A stretch of DNA of 64,000 nt. Source: Rhizodiscina lignyota. Taxonomy: Eukaryota. The notes beneath the pieces are model-generated. The model saw only the letters and a list, made by a program, of their open reading frames with translations. It made no database searches and had not been told where the DNA came from. The stretch lies in contig ML978133.1 in NCBI GenBank assembly GCA_010015805.1, forward strand, positions 496,001 to 560,000, given 5' to 3'. Positions 49,427-62,496 of the stretch are shown here, piece after piece. Each line of letters begins with the position of its first letter. Position 1 is the stretch's first letter. Both the position numbers and the translations under genes were made by a program.

Positions 49427-50407
49427 TCACCCTTCCCCACCAAGAGCATTTATCGCCCATTGATAGCTGCCGAGGAATACGGCGCCACCGGCGCTGATCC
49501 ATGCTACCCTTGGACCAATTCCAGCAAAGAATGCTCTTGCTCCACTTTCCCTCAGGATTTCTCTAAGCAAGGGTATCATTGCTCTGCGTTCCGTAGACAG
49601 CATCATGCGCGTCTTCAGGACATCCAGAGGTGTCGTAACACCGGCAGCAATTGCGCCTGCAATGCTTCCAAAAGCAGCAGACTCGAGCGCAGGAACCTCT
49701 TTTGAGATTGGTCTGGAACGAACGCCTCCTTTAGCCGTCTGCCGCATTCTCCACTGCTTCAATGCCTCCCATAGCGGGAATTGTATGACTGTGAACGGGA
49801 CCTCGCGCATGATGGTGATACTCCAGCCACGGTACAGCTCGCGCCATACAGCGCTAATGCCATGCGTGTGTCGTTGGGCGAGGATGTGTTGTAAGGCTGA
49901 TAGGGAAGAAGGATGCTGGACTGCCTGCGCTCTCTGCTTGATCACTTCCGTGGGCACACGAACCGCACATGCCGCAATCTCACCCAGTGAAGCCGCAAGC
50001 ATGTGAGCAAATGGCTCGCTGGCTATGAATCCATCTCTTCTGCCTACGGCCCCTCCAACGATACTCTCAATGCCGCCAGGACTCCGTGGTGCGAGCAGGA
50101 ATCGTTTTGTGGAATCGTAGGTCACGAAAAACAGCGCGGCTCCAGGCGCAGAGCCTATAAACGCAGAGCCAATGCCTTTGTATATACCATTAAAGCCACC
50201 AGCAGCGGTGAAGCCGACACGAGACTGGAGACGGGTCTTGAGAGTGTCGATGGGATAGAGAGAGAGGTCGACTGTAGTGCCAGCAAGTGCTCCTGCCTTT
50301 TATAACGTAAGTAGGGTATCCCAAATGACAGATAGAGGCAAAAATACCAGCAACGACCGTAAAAAGGGCGAATCAACCCATGGTGACGGATGGGTTTGGG
50401 ATTTCAT
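49427..50407 (-). CDS. SAM5: Mitochondrial S-adenosylmethionine carrier (SAM5/PET8 type)
   Basis: [44 protein letters not shown] and [10 protein letters not shown]; one intron near the 5' end. Confidence 0.92.
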
Positions 50408-50572
50408 TGAGATGAGCATTAAAGAAGATCACAACAACAAAAGTTTCTCTTGATATCCCGCTTAGTCATCATCAACACTTGCCAAGCCCGCATATAATTC
50501 TAAGCTTGTTTACACCATTTCTTGCTCTCACAATTTCTTCTCTCCCACAAACCACGATGTAAAACATCCAGG

Positions 50573-52230
50573 ATGAGCGACAACGCATCAGAAGCCCCAA
50601 AGCTTCGAAAAATCGCGTCGCTCGCGCGCGAATCCCCGGATGAAAAAGCTGACGACGAGTATGTGCCTTTTAGAGACGCGCAATGGTATGTCACTTTCCA
50701 ATTATATTTAGACCTGAGATTAACACGGGCCATCTTATTTGCATCTCTCTTTCAACGATTGCATTACTTGTTCTTGCTCGCTTTTATTCACACTAGAGAT
50801 CTGACACGGTGTTAAAGGTCTCCGGACGGGGCATGCCTTCTAACATGTGGCTGGCAACCATTACCTCCACTTGCCCACATAACCGGTCGAAAAAGGAGCC
50901 AGTTGCACACTTTCCATCTGTAAGTCCTCAAACATGCATATAGATATACTTTTTACTAAAACAGGATTATGCCTGCCGACCTTCTCTCAAAGACGGACGA
51001 GTACAAGGTGAAGCCTTATTCGACATACAACATCGGTGAAACGATCAGTGCATTTGCGCCTTATCCAGGTTGGGACCAAAACGACCCATCCACAACCCTC
51101 GTCTTGACCGCTTTCCCGGAGGCTGGTGGGGACGCCCAGCCAATGAAATTGAGGAATGGTCTTTACTATGAAGGAGGGCCGGTCCACGAGTATCCGCTTG
51201 TTCAGAACGAGAAACACCTCCCGGTCTACTCTCTAGCATTCACACGTTCGGGCGATCACTTCGTCGCTGGATCTGATACCCTCCTCAGCATCTTTGACGT
51301 ACGGCGCAATGCTGAGGGTCCAGTTGAGCAGCACAAGACCAAGCCCTCGAGAGCTGCCGCGAGGAAGCTTAAATATTCTGAACCTGGAATTCGCGGCAGA
51401 ATTAGAGCCCTCGACATAAGTCCCGAGGGACTTCTTGCGGTTGGCACAGGAGATCAGTCCGGGGCATTACGCTCCATTGCCATCTTTGCAGATGAAGGTC
51501 GAGGCCCACCCATAATGAATTCGTTTCTCAAGAACGACCTTCGAGAACGAGACCCATCTGTGTCTGGAATGGGTGTCAGTCAACTCAAGTGGAGCCCTTG
51601 TGGCAAATACCTCTATGTTGCAGAGCGCAAGAGCGATGTTCTGTTACTATACGACGTTCGTGCTAGCACACACCTGTTGGGGATTCTTCGGGGACGAAAT
51701 GCGACCGCGAACCAGACGCTGGGCTTTGACCTTTCACTTACTGATGAGAAAGGGGGCTATGAGATTTGGGCCGGTGGGATTGATGGGAAGGTTAGGATGT
51801 GGAAAGATCCACATCTGAAGGAAGCAGATATCCCCGCAGAAATTGTTCTAGAAGCGCATACAAGTATGTATTGGCAATCATGCTTAGTGGGAGCGAGTAC
51901 TAACCAATGTCATTAGCACCCGTCGTTTCGACCCTTGTCCATCCGACTCGCTCGATAGTTGCTACCTGCTCTGCTCCGGACGCGGCTGCTGCCCGGCTCC
52001 AACTCAACGACGACTCGGATACTGATAGCAGCGAGTCTGATAGCAGCGAGTCTGATAGTAGCGAGTCTGAGGACGGTGACGAGAAAGAGGACGGTGACGA
52101 GAAAGGCGACGCTTCTACGGAAGGCCCTTCTAAGGACAAAAAGAGTGGGTCTAACAGTGATCCTCCTCGCGCGAAGTTCTTCTATCAAGTCCCTCCCCCG
52201 GCGGACTTGAAAATATGGGCATTCCCATAA
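50573..52230 (+). CDS. WD40 protein, TCAB1/WRAP53/Swt21-like
   Basis: AQWSPDG, GVSQLKWSPCGKYLYVAERKSD, NQTLGFD and WAGGIDG motifs; three introns; acidic repeats in the last exon. Confidence 0.82.
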
Positions 52231-52780
52231 AAAAATTCATTGGCTGTCATTCTGTCAGTGATGTTTCGAAACATACGACTAAAGCATGGAGCTCATCGTG
52301 GTCAAAGTCTGCCACTGAAAGAAATATGATTATTCCCATAGAGAAGTAGTTGCGCTAGCAATACAAAGACTTCCATGCGTGACCTGTACGAGTTGTTTGT
52401 ATCTTAAACGGCCAAGTGAGGGTATTTGTATGTTTGCAGATACTATGACGGAGTAATTCAACGGGGGTAAGTTCGTTTTTGCACATGGAAATGGTGATAG
52501 GGAAGCACATGTATTTACATATGCTTCGGCGAAGATCTTTCTCATGACGAGACTTCTGCGAGCGACTCACCCCTGGAGCAGTTCGAAATCGGCCAGAGTA
52601 TCCTTGTAAGAAACGACAGTAATAATGGAGACTGATGAGAGTCTTTTCGTCCTCTTGAGCATATCACTCTGTACGCTTCTGGAACAGCTTTTGCGGCGCA
52701 AAATCAATTTTCGCGGGATATCGAAGCCCATAAACTATCCAGAGCAATTATATACATGGTGCGGTCCTTCTCCACTCCGA

Positions 52781-53592
52781 TCAATATACAGCTGGTCCAG
52801 ATCGTGCGATCGCGGCCAAAGCTTGGTCGAGCGTTATTACGTTTGCCGGAAGCTTTGGAATAATACCAGCTAGAATTGCGTCGTTGATGCCCGGTGTGTC
52901 TGGTGGAGATTCAATAGTGTTGTTTGCAATGACATATCTGCTTCAGTTAGTCCATGCGTTTCACCCATGTTTGCCTGTCTTTCAAATACATACACTTTGT
53001 AGTCCAAATCGAACAAGTGATATGCCGTACTCAAGATCACACCTGATGTCCTGATCCCCGACAGGATGACCGTGTCGATGCCTTGCGTTTTCAGGATCTC
53101 CTCGAGCGCATTGCCCGCGCCAGCGTAAAAGCGCGCCTTTTGAAGCACGACGTCGCCGCCTGCTTCGTCGACAGTGAAGGCAGGAAAAACCTCGGTGATC
53201 GGATTGTCTGCGGTCGCGTTCCCCAGGCCCGCAATTGTCTTTGCAAAGGGCGCATTCGGCCCAACCTCTGGCCTGCGCGCGTTCGAAAAGAAGATCCGCG
53301 TGAAGATTGTCAATGGCCTCGAGGGCAAGGCGTGTACGGCGTCTATCCAACGGGACACACTGCTGATGAATTCACTGCCAGCGGGAGTCGCACTAAGTGG
53401 TGAAACGAGGGCGGTTATCAGGTCGAGATTCAGGACAGCGTAATGCGTGCCGAAGTTCAGAGAGCTGGAAAGATTCGCTGGAATAGTAGACGGGATTTTG
53501 CCATTGTCGTATCCCGGAGTAGTACTTGCATTTTGAGCAACGGCAACGGAGGAGAGGCTGAGGAGGAGGATTGAAGAAAAAGAGAGCTTCAT
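52781..53592 (-). CDS. Secreted isochorismatase-like (cysteine hydrolase fold) protein
   Basis: Signal peptide; AVLNLD, VLQKARF and SGIRTSGVILSTA motifs; one intron (about 52938-52992); the last exon ends ..SGPAVY. Confidence 0.85.
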
Positions 53593-54138
53593 CTTGAATC
53601 GCGCTGTTTAAGAGACTGTAGAAGGGTATTGAAGTTGATTGGCCTACTGAATTATCGACAGAAGTAGAGCGAACGGCGGGGACGCAGCTTCTTTATAAAA
53701 TCAGTGCGATTTGGAATATCGATGCTCCAAAATCCAATTCTCAAGCCACAAATTCACGACTCGACTCCGAGGTAGGATGCGGGACCACAGCTGCAGCTTC
53801 TGCGTAACCCTGACCTCTGCGTGCAATTCTATTTGGTCTCGTTCAAGTTATTGCTGGGATCGCCTCAGCCCCGGCGCGTCATTCGTCACCCAGCCTGGTC
53901 AATTGGTCCCCGGTAGAAGTGGACGCGGACTTTGTGCATGTCTACAGCCTGTTCACTTGATCTCGGCATGCAGTCCTGGCTTTGTAATGCGGTTGTGCCT
54001 GATTCCTTGACGCGCGGATCTGATCGCGGGGCGGGAAGAGACAGGCTTGTCGTAGTACGTAAGCCAGAGCTGCTTCAAAGCCTCAAGCCCTCCACCGTTG
54101 TCCACTACGGACGTGCGAATAATGACATTCCAGCAAAC

Positions 54139-55385
54139 ATGCCCCGACATAAATCCGAGGGGCTCGTTGCATTTGCGAGGCTCAGATCACTGCGTACGTA
54201 TTCTTGCAGACATTGTAGACATCTGAACATGAATGTGTGGGACTTCTGTTCTAATCTCAGAGCACCGCCCCTTTTCGAGCTACGCCACCAACAGAATATC
54301 AATGTTCAGCTGAACAGCATTATTAATGTGGTTGATAGAAGCCTTCCAAGTTGTGGAGATCAAAGCTGTGGAGACCACTTCTTGCTGTGTGACCATGCTC
54401 CACTCTCCTCTATCAGCTTTGTGTGAGCTCAGCTGTCCGCTTTGGCAAAGGCGGAAAATGCAGGAAGAAAAATTAACTCCACTTTATGCCCTCACGACGA
54501 TTAAAGTTCATCGCAAAGGGAAGGCTAGTTGAATACCACACCAGCAATAGAGATGCTCCCTTTGAATTCAACCCGGATGAGGCCATGATGCAATTCTTGT
54601 ACGAAGGAGAATATCATCCTCCGGCCTCGGTGGATCTTGTTGGCTTCCATGCAGCGATGTTTGCTCTCGGTCACCAATATCTTATCAAAGACTTGATGGC
54701 GTATGCTCTGAAAGAATACAAGGTCGTGTTCAAACGGTACGACCACAATCTTCTCCGGGTCCTAAAGCAAGCGCCTACAATATACGGTCTCTTACTCGAG
54801 GATGATTCACTAAAGTCATCTCTCTCGCAGCAGACTGCGATAGACTTTCCACACATACTCTCAGCTCTGTGGTCGAAGCCGGACTTGCTACAATTTGCAC
54901 AATAAGTACTCCAGGAGGCTTTCGCATCAAGCGCCGAGTTCGCATCCGATACAATAGTGAAGGTGGGAGACCGTGTTGACTTTGCTGTTGACAACGGCTC
55001 GCGTTGGCTCAGTATACTGTGCCAGAGCTGCCATAGAGAAAGGTCCCTAACCAGACTCAAATCCGGGAATATTCCCGACTCGATCTGTGACCATTGTTTC
55101 GCAGCACTGGTTGTGACGAGCTGGACGGATGGGAAAGCCGAAGAAGAGAGCAAGGCTGAAGAAGAGATGGATACTGGAGAAGAGAGAGAGACTGAAGGAG
55201 AGGTGGAGACGAATCTGAATGCAGATGCTGAGCTCTTGCCGTTCTATATGAAAGATTCTAGCGTGAGAGATTCCAAGGGGAAAGGTTCTAAAGGGAAAGA
55301 GTCTGAGGTTGAAAATTATAAGGGGCCCTTGCAACGGATTTCTCGACGTGTTGGACGTTGCGTAAATCTTGTGATGACAGAATAG
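54139..55385 (+). pseudogene. Degenerate BTB/POZ-domain gene with an in-frame TAA at 54903-54905
   Basis: AMMQFLYEGEY..HAAMFALGHQYLIKDL..A BTB C-terminal motif; ORFs 54486 and 54957 share a frame; 5' exons uncertain. Confidence 0.55.
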
Positions 55386-57051
55386 CCTGGACCTGCTGAT
55401 GAAATCCAGGGTTGGCAGAGGCGAAATGGGAACCACATGGGCGCAGAATGGACCGAAGGACTTAGCATTGTCGCGAAGACTTTGTAATGATATTTGGAAT
55501 CAAGGCTGCAAACTTGGACGGTCATCATTAGCTACAGTGGCGATTGCTCGCTGTTTTCGTGCTAATATGATGGTCGTTCAACACGCGCTTCTCTGCAATC
55601 TCTTTCATAACCCTCCAGGCCCACCGTAATTCTTTTCCCTCTTACGCTTGTCTAGATACTGTTTGAACGAATCAAAAATATGTCTGACAGCAAATAATAT
55701 GACAGGAATGTTGTAATGAAGGAGACCGAGAACGAGTATGAATATCTCAAGAAGATGGCCGACAGCCGCAATCGAATCCACTCTATCCCGGATATCCTAG
55801 GCTTAGGTCGATGTCGCGTGTGACTAAGGTAGCGATCGAATGACGAAAAGCTTCCGTAATACGGTCTCCACATGCAGCCGTTTCTCTGAAAGTTAGGGAA
55901 GATTTTGGGCATTGGTGCTGTCTGAGGATATCTTTGCAAATGGCATGTTTCATATTGAGAAACCTTGTCCCTCGGCAGTCGGGAGACAAGCTTCCAAGGC
56001 TCGCATCGGGAACAAGCCCTGCCCTGCATGCTGAAGTGAGATTGACGGCTCGTGGGTGTCAGCGCCATGAACTCTTCGCCGTGCTTCGAGAAGCTTGATG
56101 CGTAACCTTTGACGACTTCATCGATGCACACTTGCCTCTCTCAGCGTCGCCTGAAACTTGCTGCAGAGATGTGCCTGCTTGAATCCTCACCTATTGTCTA
56201 AATACTGCTACAACCGGCTCCTCTTAATATACTCGAGCCTATCCTCGATGATTGCCTTTGCATCGGCCATCCGCGCATCGCCGCGCAGAGTGAGAGTGCC
56301 GTTGCTTTTGCGCCTTGCCCATAATCAGCCCGTATCTTGAGCGGGCTTTGCGACGCCGAAGCAATGGCTAGACGCAAGCTGCGCAACGCCACGAGAATAC
56401 TGAGGTTTGAGAGGGCAGCGTCTCCAGGTTTGCAATCCTGGACGTAACATTCCGGCCTAACTCGCGTTCGCCTCAGCACCGCGCGGAAACCCCGAGCCTG
56501 GGCGTCGAGTGGATCTGATGGAAAAGGGTGCGATCACCGCTGCAATCTGATGGTGCGAGCAGGCATGGCGTCTGCACCACCACACACTCACCAACCAGCT
56601 CCGGCGAGCGTGCATACTCTTCTGGAATTCGCGATTGCCTACAGCACGCTATTCGGTAACCTTCGTCATCGCCGTGGGGCTCCCACAAGGCTGTCCCGCC
56701 ATGTGGTGCACGCTTCCATCCTTAGCTCAGCGAATTTTCACCACTCGCCGCTCCGACATCTGTAAGAACGATCTGCACTTCCTGAAAAGCATCCTGGCTA
56801 GCGGCTGCTATCCGCCAAGGTCATAACGTTATAAGTACATTCATCCCTCAGCACACTCTTCGTCGTCGCATCCTGCAAAGTTTGCAAAAAGTCCAGCCTC
56901 ACCACCTCAGCCCGCACGCGAGTGGTTTGCCCTCGTTTGCGCGCACGAGTCGACCGACCAGAGCTCAATCCCAAGGGAAGTTAATGCTGCCCAGACCGGC
57001 ACACGAATTCTTTTACCACGCAACGTTCACTCGCGGTATCCGCTTCGTAAA

Positions 57052-58940
57052 ATGGCGTTGAACCAGGAGAAAGTCCAGGATCTTGAGTCCCAAGAGCCAC
57101 CTTCGTTGACGGATAGAGAGAAGAAGAAGAGCATCTCTGGCTCTATTGCCTCCGACACTCCTGCAGGCCGCCGTCTGAGTCGCATCGATAGAACCGTCGA
57201 TGATGCCGACAATGACAGCAGCATTGGTGTCGGGGCGCAGATCGAGATGGAGAAGGACAACGCGATCAAGTATCGGACGTGCAGTTGGCAAAAGGTGCGA
57301 CTGCCATCCTGTGTATCTTTTTGCATGATACACAATTCAATATCCAATTTCACTTTTCTCTCACTCTCCAAAATCCTGTGGTACGTTGCAGGATGAGTAT
57401 CTAATCACACGTGCTAGACTTCTGCTCTTCTCTTTTCAGAGTACATCTGTCTGGCTATCATGTCATTTCCGTACTCTTATTCGGTACTTGGCCTCGTGCC
57501 TGGTTTGATCCTGACTGTCGTAGTCGCGGGTCTTGTGCTCTACACCTCGCTGATTACCTGGTAAGTTATTCGAGCCGTGTCAACTGCGTGGGGTAGTTCA
57601 TAATCTGTACCAGGGAGTTCTGTCTCCGTCATCCGGAAGTTAGAGATGTCTGCGACATTGGTAAGCCGCGTGAATCATGGAACTCTCAAACTTTGCAGGC
57701 TAAAGGACACAAGGTCAAATGCTGTATTGGAATCAGAAATGGGCCTGGTATTTTACTGCAGTCATGTTCATCCTGAACAATACTTTCATTCAAGGATTCC
57801 ATTGCCTTGTCGGTGCGAAATATCTCAACACCATCTCGAACCACGGTATCTGCACCATTGGCTTCTCCGCCATCATGGCGATCATCTCGTGGATTTGCTC
57901 GCTGCCACGTACATTCTCTGCGCTAGCTAGACTCGCAACGGTATCAGCATTCTTTACCTTTGTCTCCGTCCTGCTTGCGACTATCTTCGCCGGTGTTGAG
58001 GGCAAGAATGGGACTTGTTACGAGGGCGCGAATGGACTTGTGTGCTCTCCGACTCTAGGTGAGCCGACGATCCTTGCAATCCCAACGGCAGGCACATCGT
58101 TCGTCGCAGGGATGAATGCGTTCATGAACATCAGTTACACATTCATTGGCCAGATTACTCTCCCAAGCTTCAGTGAGTCCCATTAGTTCGTCCAATATCT
58201 AGCGCAGCGATACTGACAACCCAACTCAAGTTGCGGAAATGAAGAATCCCAAGGATTTTGGCAAGGCTCTGTGGGTTGTCACCATCGCCGAAGTGATTCT
58301 CTTCTCTCTCGTTGGAGCTGTCATCTACGCGTACACGGGCACACAATACAATACCGCACCAGCATTTGGCAGCCTTGGCAACGAGGTGTATAAGAAGGTT
58401 TCCTTCTCATTCATGATCCCCACGCTCATTTTCCTCGGGGTCTTGTACGCCTCTGTGTCAGCCCGCTTTGTGTTCTTCAACATCTTCCAGGGCACGAAGC
58501 ATATGGGCAACCACACAGTTGTCGGGTGGGCGTCGTGGGCTGGCATTCTCGGCATTACATGGGTTTTCGCGTTCATTATCGCCGAGGTTATCCCCTTCTT
58601 CTCTGACCTGCTGAGTTTGATGAGTTCGCTCTTTGACTCGTTTTTCGGGTTCATCTTCTGGGGTACGGCGTATCTGCGTATGAGGAGGGCAGATCACGGC
58701 CCAGCGTTCTGGAGAGTCAGGGGCATCCGTGGGATACTTGGAGCGGCAGTGAACGTAACTCTGATCTTGATCGGGATTTTCTTCCTTGGGGGAGGCACCT
58801 ACGTAAGTCCTTGTATGCACATCGACTCGACATGAGCTGTTGGACTGATATGGATCCAGGCATCTGTTCAGAGCATTATCGACGGTTACGAGACAACTGG
58901 ATTTGGCGGACCGTTCACCTGTGACAGTAACGGAATATGA
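57052..58940 (+). CDS. Neutral amino acid permease (Aa_trans family, Neurospora Mtr-like)
   Basis: YRTCSWQKT, SEYICLAIMSFP, HPEVRDVCDIG, ILNNTFIQG and EMKNPKDF motifs; five introns. Confidence 0.93.
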
Positions 58941-59493
58941 AAGGTGGTATGAGAGTAATTTGGATACCACGGCGACATCTTTTCAAATAGTACGGTGTTA
59001 AATTGGTACATGGATAATCAGGAAGGATATCAGGACATGCTGCATCGTATTATGGTATTACAGTCGTTTCTAGATGTAGTATATTTCTCATCTTCGAGAT
59101 GAGCCTGTCGCTTCCTCGATATATCGTAATTAGCCTGCGGTTGTTTGATAAGAAGCTCAACCAGGGTGAGAAGATTAAGTGTTCCACGTGCAGTAATAGC
59201 GAGCACTGGATAAGTTCATGAAGCGTTGAACAGTCATATTATAATCCTCCCGAGGTCGCTTGTCCTCATTGCTGCCTAAATAGGCTTAGCCTCCATTCAT
59301 GCACAGTGGTGACCTCACTCAGCTGTCTCATCCCAGCCAAACTTTCCGCGCGTTCCACAAAAGCATCAAAACGTTTGCTTCTGCGCCTCTCAATTTGTCT
59401 ACACTGCTGCTGAGCTGTGGCATGTACATTCGTTTCATGATGTTGTAGTATTCCATCAAGCCTTAACTCTTGTAGTCAATTGAGGGCGCGGCA

Positions 59494-60521
59494 ATGTCAA
59501 ATGGCCAGGCCAAGCGTTCCTCGTCTTGTAAGCCTGCCTTTGGAATAGCCAGGAACTCTACTAATCGCATCTGCAAGCAGCATTCCACTTTGTGGCCGGC
59601 CTGGGCTCTGGTGTCCTAACGGCAGTCCTTCTCCAACCCGCCGACCTCCTCAAAACCCGAGTCCAGCAGTCTCATGCCTCGACCCTATTCGGAACGCTCC
59701 GCGAGATCTTCTCTACGCCTGCACCTGCTCGACAGCTATGGCGTGGCACAGTTCCCAGCGCTTTGCGGACGGGCTGCGGATCAGCCTTGTACTTTGGAAG
59801 CCTAAACATCCTTCGAACGAGCATCGCGAAGGCAGAAGCAGCTGCTCGCGGCGATGACCCCTCGGCGCATGGAGGTAGAGCAGCAGCCTCGTCCTCCTCG
59901 CTACCGAAGCTGTCCAATACCGCCAATCTTGCTACGGGTGCCTTCGCGCGCACGGCGGCCGGTTTCCTAATGATGCCAATAACGGTAATCAAGGTGCGGT
60001 ACGAAAGTAACTTGTACAACTACCGTTCGTTGGCAACCGCGTCGGCAGATATCCTGCGCACGGAGGGCTTTCGGGGGTTCTTTGCGGGCTTTGGAGCGAC
60101 TGCTGTGAGGGATGCGCCGTATGCGGGTTTGTACGTTCTGTTCTATGAGCAGAGCAAGAAGAGGCTTGGTGCTCTTAGTACGATGTCGGCTGGGGCAGGG
60201 ACCTCCGACCGATCGATGAAGATATCTACGTCTGCAAGTATAAACTTTGCATCGGGCGTACTAGCTGCTGGGTTAGCGACCGCGCTCACGAATCCGTTCG
60301 ACGCAATCAAGACACGCCTTCAGCTTATGCCGCGGCGTTACGGGAATATGGTGCGCGCGGCACGCATGATGCTTGCGGAGGAGGGTGTGAGAAGCCTATT
60401 TGACGGGCTGGCGCTGCGAATGGCGCGGAAAGCATTGAGCTCTGCGTTAGCATGGACTGTGTATGAAGAGTTGATTCGCAGGGCGGAAATTCGGTGGGCG
60501 GAAGAGAGGAAGATGTTTTAA
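59494..60521 (+). CDS. HEM25: Mitochondrial glycine carrier (SLC25A38 type)
   Basis: [32 protein letters not shown] and PFDAIKTR; one 5' intron. Confidence 0.92.
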
Positions 60522-61011
60522 AGGTTGGGGCGCAGTTGGGACTCCCTTCTCCGAAGCACTGCAAGACCAATGAGGTATTAAGATACCCAGACATTTTTTG
60601 GCGATAAAAGTTAAATTACTAGATTATCCTCTCTTCTCATTATCAATTGAAAACTTTCTACTTCACCCTTTTCAAATTGTTGCTTTTCTTGCCCGCTCAG
60701 TATCTCCAAATTTCCATTTGCCCTAAGTCGTTTACCCTGGTCCGGATCTATCGGTTTACTCTTGCTCTAATTGTGAGATTAAGGAACGAGTAGGTACTGG
60801 ATGGACTTGAGATCAACTCCTCGGAACGTTGCCCACCTATCGTAGTTTGAAATTTGCTGGATTGCTGACTGACGCGAGACCACTCGTTGACAATACCAAG
60901 CTACGAAATCTCTTATCCGCCATCCGTCCTCTGCTTGACTTTAAATCCGGGAAACAAATTGTAAGATATACCTCACAAGACTTTTCGAAACCCTCCCGAC
61001 GTGATCATGTT

Positions 61012-62405
61012 CTAAGGCGACTTGAACACTTTGCCCCCTTTCCACACATGCGTAATATGCTTCACCTTTGCCAGCACTGATATATCTTCTAAGGGATTCT
61101 TGTCCAGGGCAATCAAATCCGCATCATAGCCCTTCTTCACCTGTCCACTCATCGGAGCCTGCGGTCCCAGGGTTAATGGACCGTTCGCTGTCGCCGCCTC
61201 TATTGCCTGCAATGGAGTCATGCCGGCGTCGACAAGGTAGCCAGGCTCGCCGCCACTATTGCCATGACTGAGACTCTTGCCAGGTTCGCTGATGCTCAAG
61301 TCGCACCCAGTTGCCATCTTGACGCCGTGTTTGATGGCTAGCTTAACAGCAGCTTCGTGATATTTCGCGGTCAGCTTCATTTTCTCGTAGCTCTCGGGGG
61401 ACTGTTCATGTTAGCTCCTGCTTTCACAGATTACACTTTCCAATCGCCGTTTACCATTAGCTCTGGGTGTTTGACTCCTTCAACAACCACGGTACGAGTC
61501 GCTACATATACGATATCCTTCTCTTTTGCCAGCTTAATGGTTTCCTCGTCCAAAAATGTGCCGTGTTCGAGAGTCTTGCAGCCGGCTCTCAAGGCTGCCA
61601 TAATTCCCTCCTTGCCGTGAACATGCGCGGCAACAATTCTCTTTGCACGTGCGGCTTCCTCGACGATGATCTTCAGCTCCTCATCTGAGAATTGCTGGTC
61701 CAGGGGATTGTCGTCACGAGATAATACACCACCGCTCGCGAGCACCTTGATGACCTTCGCTCCTCGACGGATGTTCAAACGTACCGCTTTCCGGACCTCA
61801 TCTACACCATCTGCTAGCATCAGCGGAGCCATCCCTACGTTATCTCCGTTTGCATGAACAGACACGCCAGCTCTCTGCCATGCCCACCCGACGGGTACGT
61901 CGAAAACGTCTCCGTGCCCGGCGGTCTGTGATATAGCACTGCCAGCGCTGTAAATGTTGGGCCCAGGAATGATACCTTCGTTCACCGGTATGGCGACTTC
62001 ACACGCGTATCCGCCAAGATCTCGAACTGAAGTGAAGCCGGACATGATGATATCGTGGAGAGACCTAGCTAGCCGTGCGCCCATCGTAGCAGGATGAGCC
62101 ATGAGCATGCCGGCGAATTGGAAGTCCTTCGCACCCATCAGGTGGATGTGGCAATCCCAGAGGCCTGGCATGAGCACTGGTACTGAAATTGATGGGAGGT
62201 CCTTGAAAGCGTCCGATAAGGAGGATTTGGTCGTTATATCGGCGATTTTATTATCCTTGACCACGACAGAGACATCTTCCATCGGATCGCCTCTGCCAGG
62301 AATTAGGAGGTCGGCGTGAATGACGAAAGATTCCTCGTCATCGTCAACCGAATCGTCTTGGAACTTGTCAACCATTACGAAGTCTTCTTCTTTACAGGAG
62401 GCCAT
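61012..62405 (-). CDS. Metal-dependent amidohydrolase (prolidase/ochratoxinase-like)
   Basis: PGLWDCHIH, IKVLASGGV, AAHVHG, LEHG, GCD and GYDADLI motifs; one intron near 61402-61455. Confidence 0.92.
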
Positions 62406-62452
62406 TGTCCTCCTTCCTCACTTGTTCTGATGAGCGGAGACAGTGAATTGAG

Positions 62453-62496
62453 AAAGGAAGAATAAAGGAAGAATAAAGGAAGAATAAAGGAAGAAC
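62453..62496. repeat. Tandem 11-mer (AAAGGAAGAAT)x4 in the amidohydrolase 5' flank
   Basis: Read directly from the sequence; the last unit ends in C. Confidence 0.9.

Noticed and set aside
9471..54905. Stop-codon reassignment explaining the in-frame stops
   Set aside because: All three stop types are involved, and all are used as normal terminators in conserved genes here.
55652..56480. Possible minus-strand gene or pseudogene
   Set aside because: No recognisable motif; fragments could not be joined convincingly.
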